Assembly: GCA_965202805.1 (NCBI GenBank)
Contig: OZ241869.1
Span: forward strand, 32,001 to 96,000
DNA from: Longimicrobiales bacterium
GTDB lineage: Bacteria > Gemmatimonadota > Gemmatimonadetes > Longimicrobiales > Gaopeijiaceae
Direction: 5' to 3'
Length of the DNA: 64,000 bases
Positions 20,665 through 30,545 of this stretch are shown here, in pieces; positions within the stretch are counted from its first letter, which is position 1; the number at the start of each line of letters is the position of its first letter. The notes below the pieces were generated by a model that ran no database searches, was not told where the DNA came from, and saw only the letters and a program-made list of their open reading frames with translations. Both the position numbers and the translations under genes were made by a program.

Positions 20665-21669
20665 ATGACGAGAATCAGGCAGCAGTCGGCCAGTGGGAGA
20701 TCTGCCGGAGAACGCGGATCTGCGAAGAGATGCTCCCGGTACGGGGGCGCCTTGCTCGCCGCCGTCCTGCTGGCGGCCGTCTGGACGGCGCTGCCCCGCG
20801 ACGCCTTCGCGCAGGCCCCCGCAGTCCCCGCGTCCGATCAGGAGGTGGCGCTCGTAACGGGATCGACGTCGGGGCTGGGAACGGAACTGGCCCTGCGGCT
20901 CGGCGCCCGGGGTCATCACGTCATCGTGCACGGACGCAACGAGGAGCGGGGCGCCGAGGTGGTGGACGCCATCAACGCGGAGGGGCCGGGCAGCGCCCGC
21001 TTCTACCGCGCCGACCTGGCTTCGCTCGCGGACGTGCGGCGGTTCGCCGAGACCCTGCTCGCCGACTACGACCGCCTGGACCTCCTCATCAACAACGCCG
21101 GCTTCGGGTCGGCGCCGGACGAGAGGCTGCTGACGGAGGATGGCCACGAGTATCGGTTCCAGGTCAACTACCTCTCCACCTTCCTGCTCACGCACATGCT
21201 CATGCCACGGCTGCTTGACAGCGCGCCGGCGCGCATCGTGAACGTGTCCTCGGGGGCCCAGACGCCGATCGACTTCACCGACGTCATGATCGAGAGGGAC
21301 TTCAGCGGCCGGCGCGCCTACGCGCAGAGCAAGCTGGCCCAGGTGATGTTTACGCACGACCTGGCCGAGGAGCTGGAGGGCACCGGCATCGTGGTCGGCT
21401 CGTTGCATCCGGCCACCTACATGCCCACCGGCATGGTGCGGCGGGCGGGCGTGGAGCCGCGCTCGACCATCGACGAGGGCGCCGACGCCGTGATGCAGCT
21501 CGTGGATTCCGACGACTACGAGAGCGGGCAGTATTTCAGCGGGCTCAGGCCCACCAGGGCCAACGACCAGGCCTACGATGCCGGGGCCCGCACCCGCCTC
21601 AAGAGGCTGAGCCAGGAGCTGACCGGGATTCGCTGCCGGATGGGCCGCTGCCGCTACGTCGGCGGTTGA
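20665..21669 (+). CDS. SDR-family oxidoreductase with signal-like N-terminus
   Basis: TGSTSGLG, LINNAG, YAQSK. Confidence 0.92.
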   Translation: MTRIRQQSASGRSAGERGSAKRCSRYGGALLAAVLLAAVWTALPRDAFAQAPAVPASDQEVALVTGSTSGLGTELALRLGARGHHVIVHGRNEERGAEVVDAINAEGPGSARFYRADLASLADVRRFAETLLADYDRLDLLINNAGFGSAPDERLLTEDGHEYRFQVNYLSTFLLTHMLMPRLLDSAPARIVNVSSGAQTPIDFTDVMIERDFSGRRAYAQSKLAQVMFTHDLAEELEGTGIVVGSLHPATYMPTGMVRRAGVEPRSTIDEGADAVMQLVDSDDYESGQYFSGLRPTRANDQAYDAGARTRLKRLSQELTGIRCRMGRCRYVGG

Positions 21670-21738
21670 CTAACTGGACTTAGGCTAATTAGTCAATGCC
21701 TTCCCGGTTGAACGCCGGGGGAGTTCGCCCACGGACCG

Positions 21739-24162
21739 CTAGAGCAGCGAGTCGAGGTAGAACGCGATCCAGAACCGCCGCGCGGGCCCGTTGAGCCCGT
21801 AGGACACGTCGGCGCGGATGAGCCCGTCGAGGAGACTGCCGCCGACCCCTGCCCCCCAGAGAAGCCTGCCGTCCGCCGGCGGCCGGTCCGTCCCCGGGCC
21901 GTCCGCAGAGCCATCCGGGTCCATCGCGTCTTCGTCGGCATCCGCGGAATAGTACCCGCCAACGTGGCTGGCCCATCCCGCGTCGGTGAAGATGCTCCAG
22001 CCACCGAAGTCGCTGGTGCGGGCGACCTCGACGCGGCCGCGTGCGAACGACGGGCCCCATAGCACCGAAGGTGCGTGACCGCGCAGGGTGCGCGTACCCC
22101 CGAGGAACCACGCCCGCTGGGCCGTCGGCTCGCCGAACGTGGTCCCGCCCGCCAGCTCCACGCCCAGGCGCCACCTCCGCGCTACCAGCGGCACGGCTGC
22201 CCGGAGCGTGGCGCTGGCGCGCGCGTAGGTTGCCGGGTCGCCCGCCCCCGCGGGCCACAGCCGCGCCGCGTGTCCGTAGAGCTCGACCCCGATCTGCGTC
22301 AGGAAGGGGTCGGTCCCGCGCCAGGGCGAGAGCCGCACCTCCGCTCCCAGCTCGTCGACTCCGTCGGCCGCCAGGTTGGGCCGGAAGTCCCAGTCGTCGG
22401 CGAGCATGTGAAAGAGGGCAAACCCCGCTTTCCGCTCCAGCGTCGACTGGCGTTCCGCGTAGGCCCGGACCTCGAAGGACTGCCGCGCGTCAGCCGGAGG
22501 ACGCCAACTCAGGTCGGCGCCCAGCGCCTGGTAGTACTCGCCCTCGTCGCGTCCCAGGAACAGGGCGTTCAGGGAATTGCCGAACCCCAGGTTGCCGGCG
22601 CGCGGATTGGCGGACGCCAGTTCGCGGTACACCCCGAGCTTCATCCGGCGCCGGCTGGTCTCGCGTTCGATGTCGAAGCGCGCCCTGGGCTCGAGATCGG
22701 AGAGTCCCAGGAAGGCCGTCGCGTCCAGCCTGTAGGACCCGGAGACGGCGGTCTCGAAGTTCACCCCGGCCGCCAACCCCTCGACCCGGTTGTAGCGCAC
22801 CAGCCCCGGACGGCCCCATCCCCAGTCGAGGGACCAGGGGATTCCGGGCACGTCGGGCGTTGGGAGACGGGCGAGGCTCTCCACGTAGTCGCCGATCCGT
22901 TCGTCCGACGGGAATCCCGTGGCTTCCTCCCAGATCGGCGGTGGGAGTTCCGGGCTGGTCGCCACCAGGCTCCGTTCCCGCGGCGCGATGATGAACGCAT
23001 CCCGCTCAGCCGCGAAATCGTCCTCCTCGGCGCTCTCGTACTCGACGCCACCCTCCCGCGACAGCAGTTCGGCGACGAACGCCATGGCTTCGTCGCGCGT
23101 CTCGAAGTGCCGTTCGACGAGTTGCGGGGTCTCGTCCGGCTCGGGCGGAGCAACCTCCGTCCGCGCAGCTTCCCGCCGGGCCGCCTCGAGCCGCTCGATA
23201 TCCTGGCGCGTCGTCACCGACTCCATCTCGTACGCAATATCGAAGTTGACCGGGAACTTGAGGATTCCGGCACGGGCGAGTCCCTCCATCCGCATGTACA
23301 GGGGCAGCCAGACCTCGAAATTCCAGAGGCTGTAGTCGATGGCGATCATGGAGAGATCGAAGGTCCAGGGTTTCAGCAGGCCGGGTACGTATCTGAACGA
23401 ACCCTCCTCCTCTTCCTCCTGGAGATCGGCAAGGTCGCGGATGGCGTCGAACTCGCGGCTCAGCCGGTAGACCGCGCGGACCAGCGCGCCGGATTCCGGC
23501 TCGATCCAGAGCGTGCCCACGATGCGATGGGCGTCCGCTTCGCGCGGAAGCACGTCGAGCTGCACGGTGCGAAGACGGCGTTCGTCGGGGAGCGAAAGGG
23601 TCAGGGTGTCCCCGCTCGCGTACCGGTACACGCTGTCGGCGCCCTCCGCCAGCGGATGCTGGATCCTGAAGTCGTCGTCGGGCTGCTCCTCCGGATCGGA
23701 CCATCCCAGCATGAGGCGGTCGTCACCGGGGTCGAAGGGTTCGTCGAAGGCGAGGTCGTCGAGCCACTCCAGGTCGCCTTCGCTGCGCGCCGTCGCCTGC
23801 CCCGGATACTGGGATTTCGCGCCCAGCACCTGCACCACCGCGTCGTATTCGTGATCCCAGAAGGCGCGCACCGCGGTTTCGTCCCGGTAGAGGACGCGGT
23901 CCTTGAGCGGGGCCCGGATCCTGGCCGCCATCCTCTGCCGGATCACCGCCTGGTAGCGCAGAACCGACTGTTCGACCGACTTCCAGTTCGCGTGGGCGGC
24001 CTCGAAGATCGCGCGCGCGGCCGGGTCGGCGAACGCGTCGTCGGCGAATTGCGCGGGCTCGGCATCCGTCTCCTGCCCCGATGCCGGGACGGCGAGCGCG
24101 CCAAGCAGCGGCAGGGCCAGGCTCGCACACGCAAGGCCGCGAACGGCGCCTCGCCCGTTCAT
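21739..24162 (-). CDS. Uncharacterised outer-membrane beta-barrel protein (Omp85-like C-terminus)
   Basis: Signal peptide, RYNRVEG, FLGGTRTLRG loop, FTDAG, terminal beta strands. Confidence 0.6.
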   Translation of the reverse strand: MNGRGAVRGLACASLALPLLGALAVPASGQETDAEPAQFADDAFADPAARAIFEAAHANWKSVEQSVLRYQAVIRQRMAARIRAPLKDRVLYRDETAVRAFWDHEYDAVVQVLGAKSQYPGQATARSEGDLEWLDDLAFDEPFDPGDDRLMLGWSDPEEQPDDDFRIQHPLAEGADSVYRYASGDTLTLSLPDERRLRTVQLDVLPREADAHRIVGTLWIEPESGALVRAVYRLSREFDAIRDLADLQEEEEEGSFRYVPGLLKPWTFDLSMIAIDYSLWNFEVWLPLYMRMEGLARAGILKFPVNFDIAYEMESVTTRQDIERLEAARREAARTEVAPPEPDETPQLVERHFETRDEAMAFVAELLSREGGVEYESAEEDDFAAERDAFIIAPRERSLVATSPELPPPIWEEATGFPSDERIGDYVESLARLPTPDVPGIPWSLDWGWGRPGLVRYNRVEGLAAGVNFETAVSGSYRLDATAFLGLSDLEPRARFDIERETSRRRMKLGVYRELASANPRAGNLGFGNSLNALFLGRDEGEYYQALGADLSWRPPADARQSFEVRAYAERQSTLERKAGFALFHMLADDWDFRPNLAADGVDELGAEVRLSPWRGTDPFLTQIGVELYGHAARLWPAGAGDPATYARASATLRAAVPLVARRWRLGVELAGGTTFGEPTAQRAWFLGGTRTLRGHAPSVLWGPSFARGRVEVARTSDFGGWSIFTDAGWASHVGGYYSADADEDAMDPDGSADGPGTDRPPADGRLLWGAGVGGSLLDGLIRADVSYGLNGPARRFWIAFYLDSLL

Positions 24163-25475
24163 CGTTCGTTCTCCGGTCCGGCATCCGGCGGGCCGGGCCG
24201 AAAGCGGACCTCCCGGATGTCCTCCCACGGGATAAGTCGCCAGGCCGTGTCGCCCGTCGCGCCGGCGCCTCGCGGGCCCGACGCGACCATCACGCCCTTG
24301 TTGTCCGGATCGACATCCCGGGATCCGCTCAATTCCAGCGTGCGTCCGTCGGCGAGCGTGACGATGGCTCCATCCTCCTCCAGGGGCGCGATGCGCTGGA
24401 CGAATCCGAACTCGATGCCGTACCTGACACCATCGGATTCTCCGTTCAGGATCTCCCAGCTCCCGGCTTCGTCCGCGTCCCAGCGCAGCTCGCCTTCGAG
24501 CTCCCCTTGCTCGCGGGTCACGACGGTGCCGAAGAGAAGGCGACCGCCGTCGAACTGCCCGTACTCCCCGCTGCCGCCGGCGGGCTCGTGGAAGCGCACC
24601 CGCTCCAGCCGTTCCCAGGGGACCACCACAACCCCGAGTTCCGGATCGGCGATCTGCACGCCGCGGTTGCCGTCGGCGACATCGTTTCCGCCCCCCAGGT
24701 CCATTGTCTCACCCGCCCAGAGTTCGACCCGCGTGCCACCGGGGATGCGCGTCAGCGAGCGAATGCGCTCGAAGCGGACCTCGCGGTCGTTCGGGCGCCT
24801 CATCTCTTCGCCGTCCAGCACGTCCGATTCAAGGACTTCGTCCTGATCCCATGCCAGAAACCCGGTGAACCGATTGCCGCTCCGGTCCTCGACGGTGCCG
24901 TGCAGCCGGCGTGCTCCGGCAACCGCGTCCGGTGGCGGCTCCGAGAAGACCACCCGCTCGAGTTCGTCCCAATCGAGTTCGACCTCCGTGCCCCGAGGCT
25001 CATCCAGCACGACCTGGCGCAGGGAGGAGCCCAGGTTGCGGTCCCGGGCCTCCATCTCGTAACGCCGCCCCGAGCGCAGGATGAGCTCGACGCGGTCGGA
25101 GGCCAGGACGACCAGCGAATCCAGCTGCCCGAAGCGAACCCCGGAAAGCACCTGCATCGGAAAATCGGGGTCGACCTCGTACCAGCTGATGCGATGGCCG
25201 CGCAACTCGATGGTGCGTGTGGCGCGTTCCCTGTCGTGCGCTTCCAGCCAAGCGAAGTAGTTCTCGTCGGGAAGCGTTCTGGCTCCGTCGAGGACATCGG
25301 CCCAGCTGGCCTCCTTCCGGTCCCAGCGAATGAAGCCGGTATGCACTTCGCCCTCGGTGGTGTGCACCCGGCCCCAGATGCGGTCCGCGCTCTGGGCGGA
25401 CGCGGGCGCCGCGGGAAATGTGACGAAAACGAGGGTCCAGCAGAGGAGCGTCCAGCACTTCGCTTGTGGATGCAT
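24159..25475 (-). CDS. Secreted hypothetical protein with three internal repeats
   Basis: Signal ASA-Q; repeats GxV..G...G(F/E)(I/L)xWDxxE....(D/E)(V/I)L(D/N)G; ATGA overlap with the next gene. Confidence 0.7.
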   Translation of the reverse strand: MHPQAKCWTLLCWTLVFVTFPAAPASAQSADRIWGRVHTTEGEVHTGFIRWDRKEASWADVLDGARTLPDENYFAWLEAHDRERATRTIELRGHRISWYEVDPDFPMQVLSGVRFGQLDSLVVLASDRVELILRSGRRYEMEARDRNLGSSLRQVVLDEPRGTEVELDWDELERVVFSEPPPDAVAGARRLHGTVEDRSGNRFTGFLAWDQDEVLESDVLDGEEMRRPNDREVRFERIRSLTRIPGGTRVELWAGETMDLGGGNDVADGNRGVQIADPELGVVVVPWERLERVRFHEPAGGSGEYGQFDGGRLLFGTVVTREQGELEGELRWDADEAGSWEILNGESDGVRYGIEFGFVQRIAPLEEDGAIVTLADGRTLELSGSRDVDPDNKGVMVASGPRGAGATGDTAWRLIPWEDIREVRFRPGPPDAGPENER

Positions 25476-25630
25476 CGCTTGCCTGGCGGGGGAATGGGTT
25501 CGGGACGGCCTTGTGTGATACGATTCCGCGGGGGCGCCGGGTTCCGGCGCGTCCTGGCCCGGGTGCGTAGATTGCCCGCATGGCTGCCGGGAATCGCGCC
25601 GCTGGCAACGCACACAGGAGGAGCGCCGAC

Positions 25631-26728
25631 ATGGGCAACGCACATCGAGCCGGCTGGGCTCTTTCGGTCATTCTTGCCGCGTCCCCCGGGCTGGTCGGTG
25701 GCGCGCTCAGCGCCCAGACCAGCGCCGCGCACCCGTACCGGGCCACCCTGGGCTGGGAACAGCTCCCGGGGGGCCGGACGCTGGGGATTGTGAGCGGGGC
25801 CATCCCGGACCCGGATGGCGAGCACCTGTGGATCCTGGACCGCTGCGGCGCCAACCAGTGCGCGGGCACCGACATCGACCCGATCCTCAAGTTCGATCTG
25901 GAGGGCAACCTGGTTGAGAGCTTCGGGGCGGGGCTGTTCGCCTTCCCGCACGGCTTCGCGCTGGACCACGAAGGATACCTGTGGGTGACGGAGGGCGGGG
26001 CGCACGGCGACCCGCGCGGGGCGCTGGGCGAGAGCATGGGGATGGGCCACCAGGTCTTCAAGCTCACCCGTCAGGGCGAGGTGGTGATGCGCATCGGGGA
26101 AGCGGGGGTGCACGGCGACGACGAGACGCACTTCAACGGGCCATCGGGCGTCGCCATATCACTGGAAGGGGACATCTGGGTAGCCGATGGCCACAGGGGC
26201 GGCAACAACCGCATCGTGAAGCTGGCGAGCGACGGGAGTTTCGTGCTGGCGGTGGGAGGCGGAGTGGGGTCGGAGAGCCGGGAGCCGGGGCGCTTCAGCG
26301 ACCCCCACGACATCAAGATCGACTCGCGGGGACGGGTCCTGGTGGCCGACCGCGGCAACAGCCGCATCCAGGTCTTCGACGACGACGGGAATCTGCTCTA
26401 CATCTGGACCCACTTCGGCAAGCCCAGCGGCCTCTTCATCGACAGGGACGACATCCTGTATGCCGGCGACGGGCTGTCGGGCGACCTGCGCACCGGGCCC
26501 CCGGACCCCTGGCGCAGCAACTTCGGCTGGGAGAAAGGCATCCGCATCGGCGACCTCAGGACCGAGCAGGCCTGGGTGACCTGCTTCGTGCCCCAGCACG
26601 ACGTGAACGTGGGGCCGGGGATCGAGTTCCTGGGGGTCGATTTCGGCGGCAACATCTACGCGGGCGAAGTCAACCGCATGCGCCTGGTGCGCTACGTGCC
26701 CTCGCGGCCCCTCCGGGGGGGCTGCTGA
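25631..26728 (+). CDS. NHL-repeat beta-propeller (peptidyl-alpha-hydroxyglycine lyase-like)
   Basis: FAFPHGF, FNGPSGVAI, FSDPHDI, VADRGNSRIQVFD; signal peptide; AGGAGGAG RBS. Confidence 0.85.
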   Translation: MGNAHRAGWALSVILAASPGLVGGALSAQTSAAHPYRATLGWEQLPGGRTLGIVSGAIPDPDGEHLWILDRCGANQCAGTDIDPILKFDLEGNLVESFGAGLFAFPHGFALDHEGYLWVTEGGAHGDPRGALGESMGMGHQVFKLTRQGEVVMRIGEAGVHGDDETHFNGPSGVAISLEGDIWVADGHRGGNNRIVKLASDGSFVLAVGGGVGSESREPGRFSDPHDIKIDSRGRVLVADRGNSRIQVFDDDGNLLYIWTHFGKPSGLFIDRDDILYAGDGLSGDLRTGPPDPWRSNFGWEKGIRIGDLRTEQAWVTCFVPQHDVNVGPGIEFLGVDFGGNIYAGEVNRMRLVRYVPSRPLRGGC

Positions 26729-26806
26729 CCCGAGCTCCCGCCGTCTGGACGGGACGTTCGACGGCGTTACTGATGTCTACTGACAACTAGACTGACATCT
26801 ACTGAT

Positions 26807-28492
26807 CTAATCGAGCCCGAACACGAAGAGCGTGCCGCCGGCCGAACTCACGATGCGCTGGCGCCCGTCGACCTCGTAGGACATGGGGCCGCTGCGCACG
26901 GCCCCGCCCGACTGGAAGTTCCACAGGGGCTCGCCGGTCTCCGCGTCCAGGGCGAAGATGTTGCCCTCGTTGTCCCCGCCGAAGACGAGGTCGCCCGCGG
27001 TCGCCATCGCCCCCGACCACGGGGGGGAGAGCAGAGGGAACTCCCACACGAGCTCGCCGGTCAGGGCGTCGAGCGCCTTGATCGCTCCGCTGGCCTCCTC
27101 GCCCCGCAGCGCCTGTTCGCCGCCGCCCGTGTAGGGCTGTCCGGGCACGTACTCGACGTCCGCCTTGAAGTAGACGGCGCCCATGATGCGGGTGGGCTGG
27201 TAGAAGAGTCCGGTCCGGGGGCTGTAGCTGGGGCTGAACCAGTTGGCCGCGCCCTGCAGGCTGGGCCAGACGAGCACGCCCTCCTCGGTGGGGTCGGTGC
27301 CCGGAATCACGATCGGGCGCCCGTTCTCGTCGAGCCCTTCCGCCCAGGTCTGCTTCGAGTACTCCCTGCCGTGGAGGAACTCCCCGGTCTCGCGGTCGAG
27401 GACGTAGTAGAAGGCGTTTCGGTTGGCGGTCACCACCAGCTTGCGCGGCTCGCCCTCCCATTCGGCGTCCAGCAGCACCTGGATCTGGTTCGCGTCCCAG
27501 TCGTGGGTGTCGTGGGGGGTGAACTGGAAATACCAGATCATCTCCCCGGTGTCGGGATCGAGGGCGAGCAGGCAGTCCGTGTAGAGGTTGTCGCCGGGGC
27601 GGACGTCGCCGTTCCAGTCGGGCGCCGGGTTGCCGATGGGCCAGTAGAGCAGGTCGAGTTCCGGATCGTAGGAGCCGGTGAGCCAGGTGGACCCGCCGCC
27701 GGTCTCCCAGCTGTTGCCGCCCCAGGTCTCGCTCCCGGGCTCCCCGGGCGCGGGGATGGTGTAGGTGCGCCACGCCAGCTCGCCGGTCGCGGCGTCGTAG
27801 GCGTCGAGGTAGCCGCGCACACCGGCCTCCGCCCCGGACACGCCCACGATCACCTTGTCCTTGACCACCAGCGGGGCCAGGGTGAGCGAGAACCCGATCG
27901 CGTTGTCGCCCACTTCGACGTCCCAGCGAACGGCGCCGGAGCGCGCGTCGAGGGCAACGAGGTGTGCGTCGAGCGTACCCACGAACACCGTCGAGTCGAG
28001 CACCGCGACCCCCCGGTTCACTTCCGGAAACCCGATGTTGAGCACGTCCGGTCCCATCTCCGGCGACCAGGTCCAGATCCGGCGCCCGGAGCGCGCGTCG
28101 AGGGCGCTCACGGTGCTCGGGGGCTCGGTCACGTACAGGATGCCGTCCACGGCGATGGGCGTGGTCTCGATGATGCCGTCGTCCATCTGATAGGCCCACA
28201 GCACGCGGAGGTCGCCGACGTTGGAGCGGTCGATCCGGTCCAGCCGGGAGTAGCGGTGCGACGCATAGTTGCCGGAATACGTCAGCCAGTTGTGGGGTTC
28301 GGCGTCGGCGTTGACCAGGCGCTCGAAGGGAACCCGGGTCTGGTCGGGCGTGCCTTCGGGGGCGCTGTCTTCCGGGGCCGGCCCGCATCCCGCAGCGACG
28401 ATCGCGCAGGCCAGCAGTCCGTGGATGAGGGTCGCGGGGGGAGTTCTTCCATGTCCTGCAGGGGCGAGGGATGCGAACCGGTTCATGCTCAT
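26807..28492 (-). CDS. PQQ-binding dehydrogenase-like lipoprotein
   Basis: WLTYSGNY, RYSRLDRI, GGGSTWLTGSYDPEL, FQFTPHDTHDWD, GAANWFSPSY; start 28492 overlaps the cytochrome stop. Confidence 0.88.
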   Translation of the reverse strand: MSMNRFASLAPAGHGRTPPATLIHGLLACAIVAAGCGPAPEDSAPEGTPDQTRVPFERLVNADAEPHNWLTYSGNYASHRYSRLDRIDRSNVGDLRVLWAYQMDDGIIETTPIAVDGILYVTEPPSTVSALDARSGRRIWTWSPEMGPDVLNIGFPEVNRGVAVLDSTVFVGTLDAHLVALDARSGAVRWDVEVGDNAIGFSLTLAPLVVKDKVIVGVSGAEAGVRGYLDAYDAATGELAWRTYTIPAPGEPGSETWGGNSWETGGGSTWLTGSYDPELDLLYWPIGNPAPDWNGDVRPGDNLYTDCLLALDPDTGEMIWYFQFTPHDTHDWDANQIQVLLDAEWEGEPRKLVVTANRNAFYYVLDRETGEFLHGREYSKQTWAEGLDENGRPIVIPGTDPTEEGVLVWPSLQGAANWFSPSYSPRTGLFYQPTRIMGAVYFKADVEYVPGQPYTGGGEQALRGEEASGAIKALDALTGELVWEFPLLSPPWSGAMATAGDLVFGGDNEGNIFALDAETGEPLWNFQSGGAVRSGPMSYEVDGRQRIVSSAGGTLFVFGLD

Positions 28493-29331
28493 CCTCCGAG
28501 GCTGGCCAGGTATGCGATGAGGTTGTCGATGTCCTCGCTGGAGAGATTCATCGTTGCCGGCATGAGTGAGTGCCCGAAGCGCTTCTCGAGCTCGGCCAGG
28601 TCCGCCTTGCGCAGCGACACGATCGAACCCGTTCCGGTGATGAGCTGGACGGTGAAGGCGTCCTCGTTGGCGCGCATGCCCTCGTAGACCGTGCCGTCGC
28701 GGGTGACGGCGCGCAGGGGAAGGTACTGGGCGAATCCGCTGCGCGCCCCGGAGCGGAAGACCGGCAGCTCCGCCGAGGGGTCGACCAGGGACGCACGCAG
28801 GTACTCGGGGCCCCGGCGCATGCCGATGCCGGTCAGTTCCGGACCGATGCCGACCCCCCGCCCCTCGACGATGTGGCACGAGTAGCACACGCCCGCGGTC
28901 TCGAAGACCTGGCGGCCGCGCTCCGGGTCGCCGGGGATCTCGACGAGCTGTGCCTGGCGGAGCGAGATGACGTGGGCGGCGACCAGGGCGGCTTCCTCGT
29001 CGGGCAGGATGGTGTCGCGCAGACCGGGCATGCCGGTGCCGGGGATGCCGTCGCGGATGATGTCGATGACCGCTGCGTGGTCCGGCGCGCGCGGCAGGCG
29101 GCTGACCGCCAGCCCCGGTCCCTCGCCACCCAGCCCGAGGACACCGTGGCAGCGCCCGCAGTGGGCCTGGTAGAGCCGCTGCCCGCGCTCGAGTTCCTCG
29201 TCGGAGAAGGAGAGCGCCTCCTGGGCCGCCAGCGGCGCCGTCGCGAGACCGGCGGCCGCGACAAGCGCGAAAGCTGTGGCGAAGGCCAAACGCGTCCTGC
29301 AAATCGATCCTTGCCGCATATCCGCCTCCAT
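28489..29331 (-). CDS. Di-heme c-type cytochrome
   Basis: CGRCH and CYSCH, GTGMP, IGPELTGIG, SLMP. Confidence 0.88.
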   Translation of the reverse strand: MEADMRQGSICRTRLAFATAFALVAAAGLATAPLAAQEALSFSDEELERGQRLYQAHCGRCHGVLGLGGEGPGLAVSRLPRAPDHAAVIDIIRDGIPGTGMPGLRDTILPDEEAALVAAHVISLRQAQLVEIPGDPERGRQVFETAGVCYSCHIVEGRGVGIGPELTGIGMRRGPEYLRASLVDPSAELPVFRSGARSGFAQYLPLRAVTRDGTVYEGMRANEDAFTVQLITGTGSIVSLRKADLAELEKRFGHSLMPATMNLSSEDIDNLIAYLASLGG

Positions 29332-29524
29332 TCGAACTCCCCTGCGGCCGTGCCGCGGTGCCGGACGGTCAACCGCCGTGGCGCCGCGGGCCGATCCTCA
29401 TTCTAGGGCGAGCGCGGGGGACGCGCACACGCGAGATGATCGCCGCCGGACCGTGGGCGTGCGCGCGGAGCGCCGGCCTCCGGGACCGGGGGGCCCGCGG
29501 CAGGCGGGACGGCGAAGTACGCGC

Positions 29525-30346
29525 TCAGCCCGCCGCCTGGAATCCGGCGACCCGCCGCAGCGTGCCATCGTAGTCGGCGCGCAGGTGGTTGAAGCCTTCC
29601 TGGACCCCCTGACCCTGAGCCGAGGAGCGCCATCCCACCAGCGCCTCGCCCCGGCACACGCGCACGTCGCCGGTGGGCTCGATGCTCCAGCCGGGCATGA
29701 AGCGGTGGCAGTTGGCGATGTGCAGGCTGAGGCGCTCGATGCCCCGCAACACCGCCCAGTCGTCGCGGAATTCGAGATCGGGGGCGCAGCAGGCGCGCAG
29801 CGACTTGAGCCGGGCGGCCTCGTCCGGTTCGTTCCAGGCTGCCCACCAGGCGGGCAGTGCGCGCGCCAGCCCCGCCGCCAGATCGGTCCTGTTCGCGGAC
29901 AGGGCCAGGCGGCCCAGATGGAAGCGCCAGCCGTCCTCGTGCTCGCGCGCCGTGCGGGCGCTGAGAAAGCCACTGTGGCGGACCTCCACGTGCGCACCCC
30001 CCTGGCCGTCGTTGACGCGGAACTCCACCCGCGACGACGCGGCCGGCATGGTCTCCGCCTGCGGGCCCGACTCGATGCCCCAGGAGAGCGCGAACCGGCG
30101 CCCGAGGTCGTCGAAGTCGAGCACCTCGCCGGCGAGCACCAGTTGGTACTGGGGGAACCGGGCCCGGTAGGGGCTCCCGACCCGGGTCTCGAAGGAGACC
30201 TGACCGCCCATCCAGGCCGAGAAGGGTTCCGGTCCGGAGAGGATGCCCCAGACGGTGTCGGCGCTGGCCTCGATGTGGATGGAAAGCGCGACTTCGGGGG
30301 GTGCGGAATCGCTCCCCTGGCTCGCGTCCGCGCGGCGCTCGCTCAT
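29525..30346 (-). CDS. SRPBCC (AHSA1-like) + SnoaL-like two-domain protein
   Basis: IHIEASADTVW...HSGF...GWRFHLGRL followed by WWAAWNEPD...RGIERL. Confidence 0.7.
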   Translation of the reverse strand: MSERRADASQGSDSAPPEVALSIHIEASADTVWGILSGPEPFSAWMGGQVSFETRVGSPYRARFPQYQLVLAGEVLDFDDLGRRFALSWGIESGPQAETMPAASSRVEFRVNDGQGGAHVEVRHSGFLSARTAREHEDGWRFHLGRLALSANRTDLAAGLARALPAWWAAWNEPDEAARLKSLRACCAPDLEFRDDWAVLRGIERLSLHIANCHRFMPGWSIEPTGDVRVCRGEALVGWRSSAQGQGVQEGFNHLRADYDGTLRRVAGFQAAG

Positions 30347-30545
30347 CGATTCTCTCCCGGGTGGGGGTGGTCCAGGTCCGGACGGGTGTCTTCCGGGTCG
30401 AGTGTTCGTCGGAGGGTGGTCCCGGTGTGCGGGAAGCTTCACGACGGGGGAAGGGCGGCCTCCCTCGCGCCCCGCCGCGGATGCCGGGCCGCCCGCGGGC
30501 TCCTATTGTAGGTTGCCCGTCCGGCGCAACCAACCCGGGAGACCG

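Noticed and set aside
26717..26773. NHL protein ending Gly-Gly-Cys-UGA as a possible selenoprotein
   Set aside because: No convincing SECIS, the read-through peptide is uninformative, and UGA is the commonest stop at high GC
26807..29302. 831-aa PQQ protein with a long N-terminal extension (similar over-long starts for scpA, upp, mtnA, rpsT and the second RND permease)
   Set aside because: The extensions overlap real upstream genes or intergenic DNA; true starts are downstream at RBS or overlap positions
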